Notes: generated from the sequence alone by a model not told the origin. Counted from the first letter of the stretch, positions 10,120 through 20,012 are shown. The stretch: 64,000 bases of DNA from Pyrodictiaceae archaeon (GCA_027036135.1 JALVSY010000007.1:4880-68879); one strand, 5' to 3'. Numbers and translations: made by a program.

Positions 10120-10660
10120 CTCTTTAGGGAATATTCGAGATAATATAGATGAGACCGGGGGATCCAGAGGGAAGGGTGACTGCTTTCTTGTCTAGCTCCG
10201 AGACCCGGGCAGAGACGGAGATTAAGAAGGGACCTAAGAAGCTGGAGACCATGCTGCGCCTCATTATTGAGAGACACGTTGGGGGAGATAGGCCCCTCCC
10301 CGACGAGGCCGAGGCCATAAGGACGAGCGACGAGATAGTGGACTTGGACGAGGTTAAGAAGAGCCTGCTAGAGAGAAGCTAGGGATGAGAAGGGCTCAAG
10401 ACCCCTAGCGTTTTCAGCGTAAAGATTAGGCGACGAGCCCCTAGAGCACCTCCTAGCACATTATAGGCTCCGGGTCCTAGAGCTACTAGAGCACTTATCA
10501 ACGGATCCAGCGCCTCTCAGAGACTACGACACAAATGGAGCCAAGAGGATTCGAAGACACCTTCGACATCCACGTAGGAGACATATATGTAAGATACATG
10601 GTAGACTAGGGCTCTAGACCAATAACAATATGCCTCACAAAATACAAGGGGTACACATAT
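10120..10660 (+). pseudogene. Decayed inverted copy of the antitoxin-relE pair
   Basis: AFLSSSE...LPDEAEAI matches 7924-8139; the toxin copy (10390-10660) has stops and frameshifts. Confidence 0.85.
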
Positions 10661-10739
10661 AACCCATAATGCAGCCCATATACCGCCCTTCCTGCTTTAG
10701 CCGCGACGTCCCTCATTGCTCTAATCACTATTCTCTCTG

Positions 10740-10976
10740 ATTACTTGTTTGCCTTGTTTGTCTTAACCTTTAAACTCCTCTTTCTTTTCCCTTGGGAACA
10801 CTTCGTGAGCGGAGTTGAATGCTTCCTTGGGAACAACGTTTCGAATCCATTCAAACCCATGGGAACACCTTGGATGGTCTCGGAGCACCAGATGCACGGG
10901 AATTAGACCCGTTCCGACAAACATAAATAATAGGGTCATACCAGTTATTATTCGGATCCAAAAGGAAACCATACCA
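10740..10976 (+). promoter_or_regulatory. Leader of array 3
   Basis: Three TGGGAACA motifs and CATAAATAA at ~10922; aligns with the reverse complement of 9025-9125. Confidence 0.8.
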
Positions 10977-11618
10977 GCTTAACTCAATAGAGAATTGTAA
11001 GTGTGCCTCCCTGTTACTGATGCCCAGCTCCCTCGCGGCCTCGTGCTTAACTCAATAGAGAATTGTAAGCTAGTCTCTTAGCGAGCCACTCGGGCAGATT
11101 CTCTAGCCTTGCTTAACTCAATAGAGAATTGTAAGTCTTTATTAGTCCCATCATTGCGAGCTCAAACGTCTTCTGAACCACGCTTAACTCAATAGAGAAT
11201 TGTAAGAGTGAAGACTGGCAGGTGGCCATCTGATTACGAGAAACTGGCTTAACTCAATAGAGAATTGTAAGCTGGGAGGAGCTGGCGTGTAATACTCTGG
11301 GTTGCCTGGGTACTTAGCTTAACTCAATAGAGAATTGTAAGTTCCTCGCTAACTATCTCTCCAAGCTCCGTCACAACATAGTGACACAATACTCAAAAGA
11401 GAATTGTAAGTTCCAGCTCAGCCATTGCTAGCTTCATTTCTAGTCTCGCGTCTTACAATACTCAAAAGAGAATTGTAAGACATATAACTAGTGGTACCCT
11501 ATTAGCCGCACCACCACTAGTGAGCACAATACTCAAAAGAGAATTGTAAGATGGAACCAATAGGGCCGACCTCTTTGACAATGTGCAGATACAACAATAC
11601 TCAAAAGAGAATTGTAAG
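10977..11618 (+). CRISPR. CRISPR array 3: 10 repeats of two types
   Basis: 6x GCTTAACTCAATAGAGAATTGTAAG (10977-11341), then 4x ACAATACTCAAAAGAGAATTGTAAG (11386-11618). Confidence 0.97.
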
Positions 11619-12154
11619 AGAGGTGAAATGTGACTGGGTGTGTAATTGCTTTATTGCTCTTAGGCGTAAGGAAAAGAGTGTTGTGATGGGTCTGGGTATG
11701 GTTGCTGTTTTGTAATAGTAGTGTTAGTGTCGTTAAGGGCGCGTTCTCGTTGCGCCAAATGTGTGTGCCCGTAACTGGGTTGATGAGTTTTGGGCCGAGC
11801 TAGCTCTGATGGGGTTTCTTTTGAGTGCTAGGTTTCTGGCTCATTGTATTGTTACATGTATGGTTTACGCTATATTGTGTGGCGTATAGGAGTCTTGCTG
11901 CTATAGGCTAGAAATAGCTCTGCTAATGGTGTAGGGGCGTTATAGTTCTTTTGTCTGCGAGGAGTAGTGGAGAGCGCATAGCCCGTGTAAAATGGGGGGG
12001 CGCCGGGACTCTCCGGGGCAGGCGATACAGGGCATGTTGCATTGAAGTGGATCTGCCCGAGCGTGTTGCGGGGTGTGCCAAGGCCTGCAGAGTGGTCGTT
12101 AACAAGGGAGCACGGGGGAATAATCCCTTGAGCTGGTCTAGGGGCAGAGAGGGA

Positions 12155-12361
12155 CTAAGCCCTTGCAGCTGCTTTGGCCTCTACTAGTAGTTTTTCGAGC
12201 CGTTTCTTGGCCTCCTCGAAGCCTAGTTTACCTGTTCTCCATTCCTCGTAGACCCGCCAAGCCTCTTTCCCGTGGCCAGTGTCCTCGGCTTCCCCGACAA
12301 GGTATAGTAGCTCTCCGGCCTGGTTTCGTAACCTTCTCCACTCCTTGTAGAGCTTACCCAT
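12155..12361 (-). CDS. Small protein coupled to the PIN gene, putative antitoxin
   Basis: ATG overlaps the PIN gene end; 68 aa, helical and charged. Confidence 0.55.
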   Translation of the reverse strand: MGKLYKEWRRLRNQAGELLYLVGEAEDTGHGKEAWRVYEEWRTGKLGFEEAKKRLEKLLVEAKAAARA

Positions 12362-12800
12362 TCTCGGGGCACCCCGTATACTGGTTGACGTAGAGTAGGC
12401 CATATTCCTTCGCTCTCCTAGCAATAAACCTATCAACGGCGATTATTCCATCACAGTCCAGTCGTAACGCGGCGAGAACATGCATGAGGTCAAGGGTTCT
12501 TCGGGGACTCCAGCCATGGTTCCTTATAAGTAGTCTTGCGCGGCGATTAATCCTCGAGACCACGTGATTGAAGAACTCAGCTACATCCACGCCTAGTTCC
12601 TCCAATAGCCTAGTTACTGCTTCCCTGGTCTCCCTTCTCCAGTTCTCGAGCCAGTGAATACCGCTAATAATACACCAATGTCTAGAACAGCACTCCCTGA
12701 GCAATTCCCCAGCCTCAGCATCCTCCAAGGCACGTATCAGTATACTTGTATTGAGGTAGAAGCATAGTGCTCTCTGCTGTGTTGGCACCGTAGCGCCCAC
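12354..12800 (-). CDS. PIN-domain (VapC-like) protein
   Basis: YLNTSILI, RTLDLMHVLAA and IAVDR motifs; the first catalytic Asp is replaced by Asn. Confidence 0.8.
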   Translation of the reverse strand: MGATVPTQQRALCFYLNTSILIRALEDAEAGELLRECCSRHWCIISGIHWLENWRRETREAVTRLLEELGVDVAEFFNHVVSRINRRARLLIRNHGWSPRRTLDLMHVLAALRLDCDGIIAVDRFIARRAKEYGLLYVNQYTGCPENG

Positions 12801-13083
12801 TTGGCAGCTTATGCTACATACCTATTTAAATCAAGTACATAATTACTATAACTATATGATATAGGTAAGAGAAAAAGGAGCCTAAAGGAAAAAGGATGTA
12901 TTCAAGAGATGATTATAAGGTTTATGGATCGTGCTTGGCGGCTATGCTAGTTTCTACGATAGGCCCTGTAAAGAACTGCTAAGCGGTGAACTGCCCCTCT
13001 TCTGCCTAGGGTTTTTGCTCTTCCTGCTCCATGGGCTGGTAGTGTTTACTGTATACTACGTGGCTCCCTCGGGTGGTTTGTGA

Positions 13084-13455
13084 ATGAGGGTTTGTAGGCT
13101 TACTGTTGGGATTAATGCTGCTGTAACACTATTTATTGGGCTAGGGTTGCTCGGGTACTATGGCTTGGCTAGTGCTCTTAAGGTTCTCTTTGTCTCTTTG
13201 TTCCCTTTCTCGCTTGTTTTTGGCTCTTTTACGCTCCTCAAGCTGGTCTGTGTCCCGGCTCTCTCTGCCACCTGTCTTCTCTCTGAGCGCTGGTGTAGGG
13301 GGCTGCGCCTAGTGCTCCTATTGTATATTATTGGTCTCCTAGGGTGGCTCCCTGGCGCCTTCTCTAGCGGAGTAGCGGGTGCCTTGGTACTAGGCCTCAT
13401 TGTCACGGGCTTGGCTGCTGCGAGTGCTTGGTGCCTACGCGGCACCAGGAGGTGA
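13084..13455 (+). CDS. Hypothetical 4-TM membrane protein
   Basis: ATG start and four hydrophobic segments. Confidence 0.6.
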   Translation: MRVCRLTVGINAAVTLFIGLGLLGYYGLASALKVLFVSLFPFSLVFGSFTLLKLVCVPALSATCLLSERWCRGLRLVLLLYIIGLLGWLPGAFSSGVAGALVLGLIVTGLAAASAWCLRGTRR

Positions 13456-13485
13456 GGAGATAGCATTGTTAGGGCTCTCCCTTGG

Positions 13486-13782
13486 CTATAGTTCTAGCGG
13501 GTTTAGTGACGTTATGATTATGCATACTTGTCTCGGGTTCGTCGTGCACTGCTCCGCCTTGGCTAGTAGTTCCTCGGGTAGCCCCGGTATCGTTGCCCCA
13601 GCCATGGTTGGTGCTCGTGGACTACTGTAGCGTATCTCTCGCCGCGTCCCGGGCCGTAGGTGCACAGTGTGGGGTCTTAGCACTAGCTTCCTCTTGGCCG
13701 AGTAATGCTTCGCGCCGAGGACCTCTAGTAGTGTTCCAAGCACCTCTAGGCCTACCCCTGTCGGCTCGCCCTTCTCGAGCAA
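13486..13782 (-). CDS. Hypothetical protein (frame open to 13926)
   Basis: Coding-like ORF in frame with the upstream ORF. Confidence 0.4.
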   Translation of the reverse strand: MLEKGEPTGVGLEVLGTLLEVLGAKHYSAKRKLVLRPHTVHLRPGTRREIRYSSPRAPTMAGATIPGLPEELLAKAEQCTTNPRQVCIIITSLNPLEL

Positions 13783-13932
13783 TATGTCGTAGGCAGTGGG
13801 GCTTGCTAGCCATCGCTGGCCTAGGAGAAGCCTCTGCCTCTCATCCGGCTCGCCTTTGAGTGCCTTCCTTAGCGCGCCCAGGGGTATGGGGAATAGGAAG
13901 GGCGTGGCTCCCCTACCTCCTCTCGGCTACTC

Positions 13933-14556
13933 CTACTCGGGTTGCGCGATGCATGGCCCCGTCTCGGATAGGTACACTAATACGTCGTCAACGTTGATCA
14001 TGCCGGGGTGCTCCAGGTACTCGTCGAATACCCGGAGCCCCTCCTCGGGCCCATACGCCTCCACTAGCAGGTCTAGTACCTCGCTCATGCCCTCCCCGGG
14101 GTCTAGGCACTTCTCTTCTCCGCGTGTCTTCTCCTCGAGGCTCTTGCCGCTGAGCAGCAGCGAGGCAGCGTCGAGGCCAGCTACTATGGCCTCCCTTATC
14201 CTGCTCGCCGCCTGGGTCACACCTACCTGGTCACGGAGGAGCCCAGGCTCTACACAAGTCTCTACAAGTACTCTGGCCTTCTCTCCACCGCTCACCATCT
14301 CCCCGGCTACCCTAGCCCCGGGTCTCTCGGCGCGGATGAGCAGCCTAGCCGCCTCGGCGCCGCCTATGACTGCCTCGATCTCCGCGCAGGCAAGGGGCCC
14401 CTGTGTCTTAGTGCTTCTGAGGACTAGTTTCTCGAGCACTAGTGGCCGTGGGAGCCTCTTCTCCCTAGCCACCGAGGCTATTGCGAGCAGGGTTGCCTCC
14501 AAGAGCTCTCCGCTACGGGTCTTCTCCAAGACTGGCACCGCCTCCACTGTTATCAA
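13933..14556 (-). CDS. Hypothetical protein
   Basis: 207-aa ORF with typical composition; TATA-like CTTATATA just upstream. Confidence 0.65.
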   Translation of the reverse strand: MITVEAVPVLEKTRSGELLEATLLAIASVAREKRLPRPLVLEKLVLRSTKTQGPLACAEIEAVIGGAEAARLLIRAERPGARVAGEMVSGGEKARVLVETCVEPGLLRDQVGVTQAASRIREAIVAGLDAASLLLSGKSLEEKTRGEEKCLDPGEGMSEVLDLLVEAYGPEEGLRVFDEYLEHPGMINVDDVLVYLSETGPCIAQPE

Positions 14557-14980
14557 CTAATAAGGGAAATATATAAGATTTATTGAAACCATATATCGAG
14601 CTAGACTAGGCGAGCCGAGCTAGGCGGCCCGGCCAAAACAAGAAACAAGGAAACAAAACACAAATAACACAATAAATAAGAAAATAGGCCGAGCATAAGA
14701 AGCAGATGAAAAAGAAGGCATAAAACATAGCATAGGTTCAAGAAACACTCCACTTAGCAAAACTAATCCCTAAGACATCCTAGGCAACCCCCGGGGCCAG
14801 AGAATTAGGAACTCCATTGCTGCCTCCTTACACGAACTAGTAGCTATGCCTAAGAAGATACATGGCTCGGCGACATAGCGGCTACCTAGCACCTATCATT
14901 GCAATGCTCGACACGGGCTCGAGATAACAAAATGGCCCCAAGGTGCAAGCCCCCTTTACACCAAGCCTCGTGAACCCGTT

Positions 14981-15495
14981 CTAGGGCCTCACGGGTACGC
15001 CCAGCTGCTTGGCTTTACGCCTTAGTCTCTGATCGAAGGTTGCGAGTACTGCATTGTGCTGAATAGCTGTCGCGAGTATGATAGCGTCGTTAAGCTCTCT
15101 GGGCTGCATGTACCCTTTCTCCAATAGGCCCGGCGCCTTATTAATAACACCTAGTGGCTCCGCAACGTATCTTGTGCGTGAATCCTCTAGGTACTCATTT
15201 ATCTTGGCTGCAACGAAGCTGGCCGGAACCCGTAGCTTGCGTACCATTACCCACATGTACTCGTGCAGCACTATTGGTATAATCAATACATCTCTAGCAG
15301 AGTCTATGAGGTCAGCGGGTTCCACAGTGAGGACCAGTCCTCAACAGTCTCGTAGACAAGTATATTCGCGTCAGGGAGCAGTGGCCTCTTCGAGAAACTC
15401 TTCAACTGCATCCTCTATTTCCTCGACCGATATGCTCCTGCCGAGCCTTATAGTTAGCCTCCTACAATGCCTAGGGGTGATCTTAATAGCGCTCT
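14981..15495 (-). pseudogene. Decayed antitoxin plus PIN toxin
   Basis: DANILVY start is out of frame with the body (LNDAIILATA...TFD); upstream fragment reads ISVEEIEDAVEEFLEE. Confidence 0.75.
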
Positions 15496-15814
15496 CACAA
15501 TAATCTGGTGTATCAGTCATGTTTTTCCCTCTGATCTGGTTCCTGTTTTCGCGGAGGCGAAGCCGTTATTGATAATTATTTATCTAGAGATATCTCTCAG
15601 CTTGATAATAGTGCTGTTGTTCTTACCGCGTATCGGTTTCTTCTCCCAGCCTATTTACTTGCTTAACTATTTGTTATTTAAAGCTGAAAGACCCGACATT
15701 AGTAACGCTAGAGCCCCGTCTATGTCGTAGCTCGTATAGTTAATGCGAATGGCTAGGGTTTGTTGAAGCCTCGGGCCCTCAACATATTATCGTAAATGTT
15801 CTTGCTAAGGTACT

Positions 15815-16366
15815 TTGGGGTACCGGGCTGTGCCTGGCCACGGCTTCGTATTCGTTAGTAGCGGCCTTGACTCCGTTGTGCTGGTTTTGGCTGGCATAGT
15901 GCTAGTGTTTGCCGGGATTGACGCTGCCAGGATTGTTGCGGGCTTTATGCTCGGGGTAGTGCTGGCGATCATGTTCTACGTGGCTGGGTCGGGCTTTGGC
16001 GTTGTTGCGGCACTGTTGCTTGGGTTCATGGGCTTCATTATCGGCCTTGCTATGGGGTTCATGGTGCTCCGGGTAGCGGTATCACTTGTGGGCGGGTTCC
16101 TCCTAGCAGACATCCTTGTAAACCTGCTCCCTGCTAGGCATCTCGGTGGCTTAGCAGTCCTCGTCCTAGGCGTTGTTCTCGCAGCTGTGCTATACGTTGT
16201 AGCTGAGTACGTGATAGCGGCCGCCGTCGTGGCCACCGGCTCGGTAATAACCTATGCTGGGCTCACTTACTGGTTCCCTATAAGCATTGCCGCTCTAGCA
16301 GCCCTAGCTCTCTTCGTTGCTGGCCTGGTTCATAACTGGTCGAGGATCAGGGCTGGAAAGGACTAG
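15815..16366 (+). CDS. Multi-pass membrane protein (DUF4203-like)
   Basis: About 7 Gly/Ala-rich TM helices. Confidence 0.7.
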   Translation: MGYRAVPGHGFVFVSSGLDSVVLVLAGIVLVFAGIDAARIVAGFMLGVVLAIMFYVAGSGFGVVAALLLGFMGFIIGLAMGFMVLRVAVSLVGGFLLADILVNLLPARHLGGLAVLVLGVVLAAVLYVVAEYVIAAAVVATGSVITYAGLTYWFPISIAALAALALFVAGLVHNWSRIRAGKD

Positions 16367-16476
16367 AGAGTAGTAAGGGGGTCACTTGTTTCGAGAACTA
16401 GGCGTATTTGCGGAAAATGCTATACTGTATGGAGGCCGAGGTATTAATCGTAGTTATCGCTATTGCCTAGTGTGGC

Positions 16477-16887
16477 TTATCGCTTATCACTCTTATGCCT
16501 ATCCTCGCTACTAGGTCCTTCTTGTTTATTATTGTCTTTGTCAAATGTAGCGAAGTACTTTGCTCCTAGTAGCTTGCTTGCCGTTATGTGTAGTAGGTCT
16601 AGTGTTCGGAGCCTTAGCTCGGCTGAGAGCCGGAAGGCAAGTGACAACGCGTCGTTGAAGTCCACCTCGGCTAGTTCTACCCCTGCTTCCTCGATAGAGT
16701 AGAGTGCGAGGGCTAGGGGATTCTCTAGCCCTGCTCTCGAGTACACTGATGCTAGCTCAACTAGCGCCAGTCTTGATGTTACTAGTTTTTCTCCCCGGAG
16801 GCTTTGGATTAGCTTAACTGCTCTACTATGATTAGCGTCAGCCTCGTCCATGTAGGATACCACGATGTTCGTATCTATGTAGATCAA
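16477..16887 (-). CDS. vapC: VapC PIN toxin
   Basis: IYIDTNI, VELASV, RTLDLLH and ATFD; the C-terminal tail may be frameshifted. Confidence 0.88.
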   Translation of the reverse strand: MIYIDTNIVVSYMDEADANHSRAVKLIQSLRGEKLVTSRLALVELASVYSRAGLENPLALALYSIEEAGVELAEVDFNDALSLAFRLSAELRLRTLDLLHITASKLLGAKYFATFDKDNNKQEGPSSEDRHKSDKR

Positions 16888-17135
16888 CGCGACCGCTCCT
16901 CCTCAAGGAGCTTGGTGAGTCCACCGTGCCTTATCCGGTACCCCTTCTTCTTGTACTCCTCTGTTTTCCGGTACACCTCTTCCCAGAACATTACCTCTCT
17001 CCGCACACTCTCTAGCCCCTTCTCGATCATTATGTTGAATGCGTGCGACCTACTCCTAGCTATGCCGTACCTAACCATCTTGTCCGCTAGCTCCACTAGC
17101 TCTCTCCTAACCTTGATAGACACAGTAACCGACAA
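16884..17135 (-). CDS. vapB: VapB-type RHH antitoxin
   Basis: TVSIKV...SRSHA ribbon-helix-helix; 4-nt overlap with vapC. Confidence 0.82.
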   Translation of the reverse strand: MSVTVSIKVRRELVELADKMVRYGIARSRSHAFNIMIEKGLESVRREVMFWEEVYRKTEEYKKKGYRIRHGGLTKLLEEERSR

Positions 17136-17141
17136 TCCTAG

Positions 17142-17175
17142 ATACCCTGGTAGATCTGGGTATACCTAGGTACAC
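17142..17175. promoter_or_regulatory. Putative vapBC operator palindromes
   Basis: ATACCC...GGGTAT and near-palindrome GTATACCTAGGTACAC just upstream of vapB. Confidence 0.45.
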
Positions 17176-17291
17176 TATATGGTTCATCTAAACGGAGGTC
17201 TTGTACCTTGGAGTTCACAGGAGTAAATGAGTGAGCAGAAGCGGGACCTTAGGGGCTCCTTGCAAATGTACAAGGGTGGGTTCTTGTTGTG

Positions 17292-17597
17292 CTATATTGT
17301 TTCTAGGCCGAAGTCTCTTAGCACCTTGCTTAGTCTCCTAAGCTCTCTTAGCAGGGTTTGTCCCTTCTCTGTCAGCCTGTAGCCCCTCTGTTCATCGTTT
17401 GCCTGCTCTATTATTCCTCTTTGCTCTAGCTTTGCTAGTATTGGTGCTAGGCGGTTGTAGGCCATGTTGGTGTAGAGTGCTATGCGTGTGGGTGGCTGGC
17501 CTGGGTGCTTGTTTATCGCCTCTAGTATGTCTATGAGTATCTCTATCCTTGTTCTCCGGGGCAACCTGGGGCTATCCTCGCCTAGTTGTCGCTGCAT
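17292..17597 (-). CDS. Winged-helix regulator (ArnR1-like)
   Basis: RRTRIEILIDIL...TRIA..NMAY...YRLTEKG. Confidence 0.85.
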   Translation of the reverse strand: MQRQLGEDSPRLPRRTRIEILIDILEAINKHPGQPPTRIALYTNMAYNRLAPILAKLEQRGIIEQANDEQRGYRLTEKGQTLLRELRRLSKVLRDFGLETI

Positions 17598-18186
17598 AAT
17601 GAGCTGCGAGGAGTGAGGCCGTGGTTGCTCTCAGTAGCTCCGCTACGAGTAGGAGTGTTGCACCCACGGGCTTGGTTGTTGTGAGGACCCCTACCGCTCT
17701 CAGAGCGAAGGCCGCGCCTATGATGCCTACGAGCCACCTAGCGGGTCCCTGGAACTCCTTGGAGGCGTAAGCAGCAGTTGCAGCCGCCGCTAAGTCGAAG
17801 CCAGCTGGTATGGCCACCAGGGTTACCGTGTAGAGCCCGTGTCTCTTGCCTGGGAGGGCTAGTAGCAGGAAGCCTGCTGCCGCGAAGCTAGCTGTCGCTG
17901 TGTAGGCCGTGTAGGCTAGCCTCGGGTCGCTGAGCAGCATTAGTGGCGTCCAGGCATGGCTCATGGCTAGTAGTAGGAACCCTGCCACGTACTCCGGCCT
18001 AGTCGCGCCCAGCCTCGCCAGCTTCGCGAGCAACACGGCTATATAGGCGAAGGCGGCTAGGCCCACAACGCTCGTGGCCAGTAATACTGCCTGGTAGGCT
18101 AGTGCCAGCTCCCCGGCCAAGACCCCTGGTCCCCTGCTTAGCGATGAGGCGGCCAATGGCGAGGGGACAAGACATGATGATGACAA
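17572..18186 (-). CDS. Membrane protein
   Basis: 6-7 TM segments; overlaps the regulator start. Confidence 0.7.
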   Translation of the reverse strand: MSSSCLVPSPLAASSLSRGPGVLAGELALAYQAVLLATSVVGLAAFAYIAVLLAKLARLGATRPEYVAGFLLLAMSHAWTPLMLLSDPRLAYTAYTATASFAAAGFLLLALPGKRHGLYTVTLVAIPAGFDLAAAATAAYASKEFQGPARWLVGIIGAAFALRAVGVLTTTKPVGATLLLVAELLRATTASLLAAHYAATTRRG

Positions 18187-18635
18187 GGCCTGATTACTAC
18201 GAGCCTCTCATCCACCCGGATAACACGCGGCTTAACAACCAGGCCATGCGGTGTCCAGAAGACATGCCCGATGACCACAACGTGTTTTCCGAGTAGCTTC
18301 TCCGCGACGAGCCATAGGGGGAGAGGCTTACCGCCTACAAGCACGCAGCGGGGGAGAACAACGATTACTCTCTCCCCGTGAGCCCCCTTCATTATTACCC
18401 CGTGGGGGAAGGCGGCAACAACTACTCCGCTAACGCCGCGGAAGCCCCGGTAATAATGGCTATGACGAAGCGCCTCAACGAAGAGCGGAGCACCCTGGGG
18501 CTTCTCCCCGGCAACATTGTTGCCCGTTAGCACTCCTCTCGGTATTCCTCTAGGGTACATCGAGTAAGCTAGTAATGGTCCAGCAACAGCGACTAATAGC
18601 ACAGCGACTAGTAGTGCTAGCCTAGTAGGGCCCAT
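18138..18635 (-). CDS. Signal-anchored His/Arg-rich hypothetical protein
   Basis: N-terminal hydrophobic helix followed by a beta-rich domain. Confidence 0.6.
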   Translation of the reverse strand: MGPTRLALLVAVLLVAVAGPLLAYSMYPRGIPRGVLTGNNVAGEKPQGAPLFVEALRHSHYYRGFRGVSGVVVAAFPHGVIMKGAHGERVIVVLPRCVLVGGKPLPLWLVAEKLLGKHVVVIGHVFWTPHGLVVKPRVIRVDERLVVIRPCHHHVLSPRHWPPHR

Positions 18636-18734
18636 ACTTAATCCCGGTCTATTCTACAGGATGGAGGTAGGCGCGTAATCCTAGGAGTAAAAACATGGTT
18701 AGGGCTGGGTATCTGGCTCTTGGTGTGCCCGGGC

Positions 18735-19238
18735 TTAGCCTTGGCTCCAGACCGTGGTCTCGTGCTCAACTATCTTCACTACCTTGTTGTTGACTAGGTC
18801 CACCACTACCAGTGCTGCTCCGTGTGTGTCCCCGCTCTTCTCCCTCAGCACAACTATCGCCTTGACGGCGTGGAGCGTCACTGTACCGTCGCCCTCAACA
18901 ACGCCCTGTATCACCGGCTTTATCAAGGTAACGTTGTAGCCCTCTTTGAGCAGCGCGGCGGTACGGTTATCGCTCATAAGTATCTCTAGCACGTGGTGTC
19001 TAAACTCGTCGCTCAGCACTAGGCGTGGAGCATGATGCTTTACCCAGGGCCCGTGCCTCGGTGGATGAGCTATAGGGCAGTGGTGCCAAGGCCCGGGGCG
19101 GTGATGCATGGGGGCCATTGGCGCCCAGTTATCTGCTGCTCTTCCCTGGTGCATCGTCGTTGTGTACGCGTATGCTGCTACCCCGAGAGCAACTAGCGCG
19201 GCCACAGCTATTGCTACGAGGAGTACGTGCCTCTCCAT
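18735..19238 (-). CDS. Secreted His/Pro-rich hypothetical protein
   Basis: Signal peptide, HHRPGPWHH linker and conserved-looking C-terminal domain. Confidence 0.7.
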   Translation of the reverse strand: MERHVLLVAIAVAALVALGVAAYAYTTTMHQGRAADNWAPMAPMHHRPGPWHHCPIAHPPRHGPWVKHHAPRLVLSDEFRHHVLEILMSDNRTAALLKEGYNVTLIKPVIQGVVEGDGTVTLHAVKAIVVLREKSGDTHGAALVVVDLVNNKVVKIVEHETTVWSQG

Positions 19239-19340
19239 GTGTGCTCACCTTTCTGCCTTGGGTCGTGTGTACTATGTGTTAGCGCGGCTATAAGCCGGGG
19301 ACTCACTAGTGGTGCGCAAAGAATAAAACCGGGCCTCTTA

Positions 19341-20012
19341 CTACTCCTCCTTACTTGCTTCGTTCTTCCTAATCCTTATCCCGTCGCCCAGGACCCAGTA
19401 GGCTCCATCGCTTCTCTCCTCCAGCTTATAGATCGGGGCCCTGTGCTTAACCTCCTCGAGGACGAGAGCAGCTGTATGGAAGGCCTCGTGCCTCGTCCTC
19501 GAAGAAACGAGTACGTGCACGGTGAAGTCTCCTGGCCCTAGCTCGCCGACGCGGTGAAGAATAGCGATATCGATTACGCCTGGTACCCTTGAGTACCTCT
19601 CAGCTATCTCATAGAGCTTCTTATCCGCGAGCTCCCGGTAAGCCTCGTAGACCAGCTTATCAACCCGGCTCCCAGCGACATAGCCCTTAACAAAACCCGT
19701 GAAAGAAACCAAGGCGCCCCCGCCGAGAGGAGCAGCGCGGAGAGCCATTGCGCGGTAAAGAGTCTCGATGCCAGGGTTCTCCCCGGGGCCTATTACCCGG
19801 GCAACGAGCACACCAACCCGCGGAGACAGGACAAAGTACTCCTTGTTCTCCTCTAGCTCCTCGTCCCCCGCTAGTACACGGGAGCAACAAACAACACTAT
19901 AGTCACGGAGACCAAGCAACCCCCCTAGCTCCTTAACCCTCGTGACCGGAACGTTCTTCTCCTCTACAACGAGCCCGGGGAAATCATAGCGGATGACTCT
20001 GAGCCTGGGCAT
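19341..20012 (-). CDS. moaE: Molybdopterin synthase MoaE with N-terminal MoaD-like domain
   Basis: GALVSFTGFVK, LVYEAY, HRVGEL and VKHRAPIYKLE. Confidence 0.9.
   Translation of the reverse strand: MPRLRVIRYDFPGLVVEEKNVPVTRVKELGGLLGLRDYSVVCCSRVLAGDEELEENKEYFVLSPRVGVLVARVIGPGENPGIETLYRAMALRAAPLGGGALVSFTGFVKGYVAGSRVDKLVYEAYRELADKKLYEIAERYSRVPGVIDIAILHRVGELGPGDFTVHVLVSSRTRHEAFHTAALVLEEVKHRAPIYKLEERSDGAYWVLGDGIRIRKNEASKEE

Noticed and set aside
1-11618. Self-targeting spacers
   Set aside because: No spacer match elsewhere in the window was seen by eye; a computational search is still needed.
11813-11831. TTTCTTTTGAGTGCTAG resembling the array 2 repeat end
   Set aside because: A short isolated match in T-rich sequence with no partner at spacer distance.
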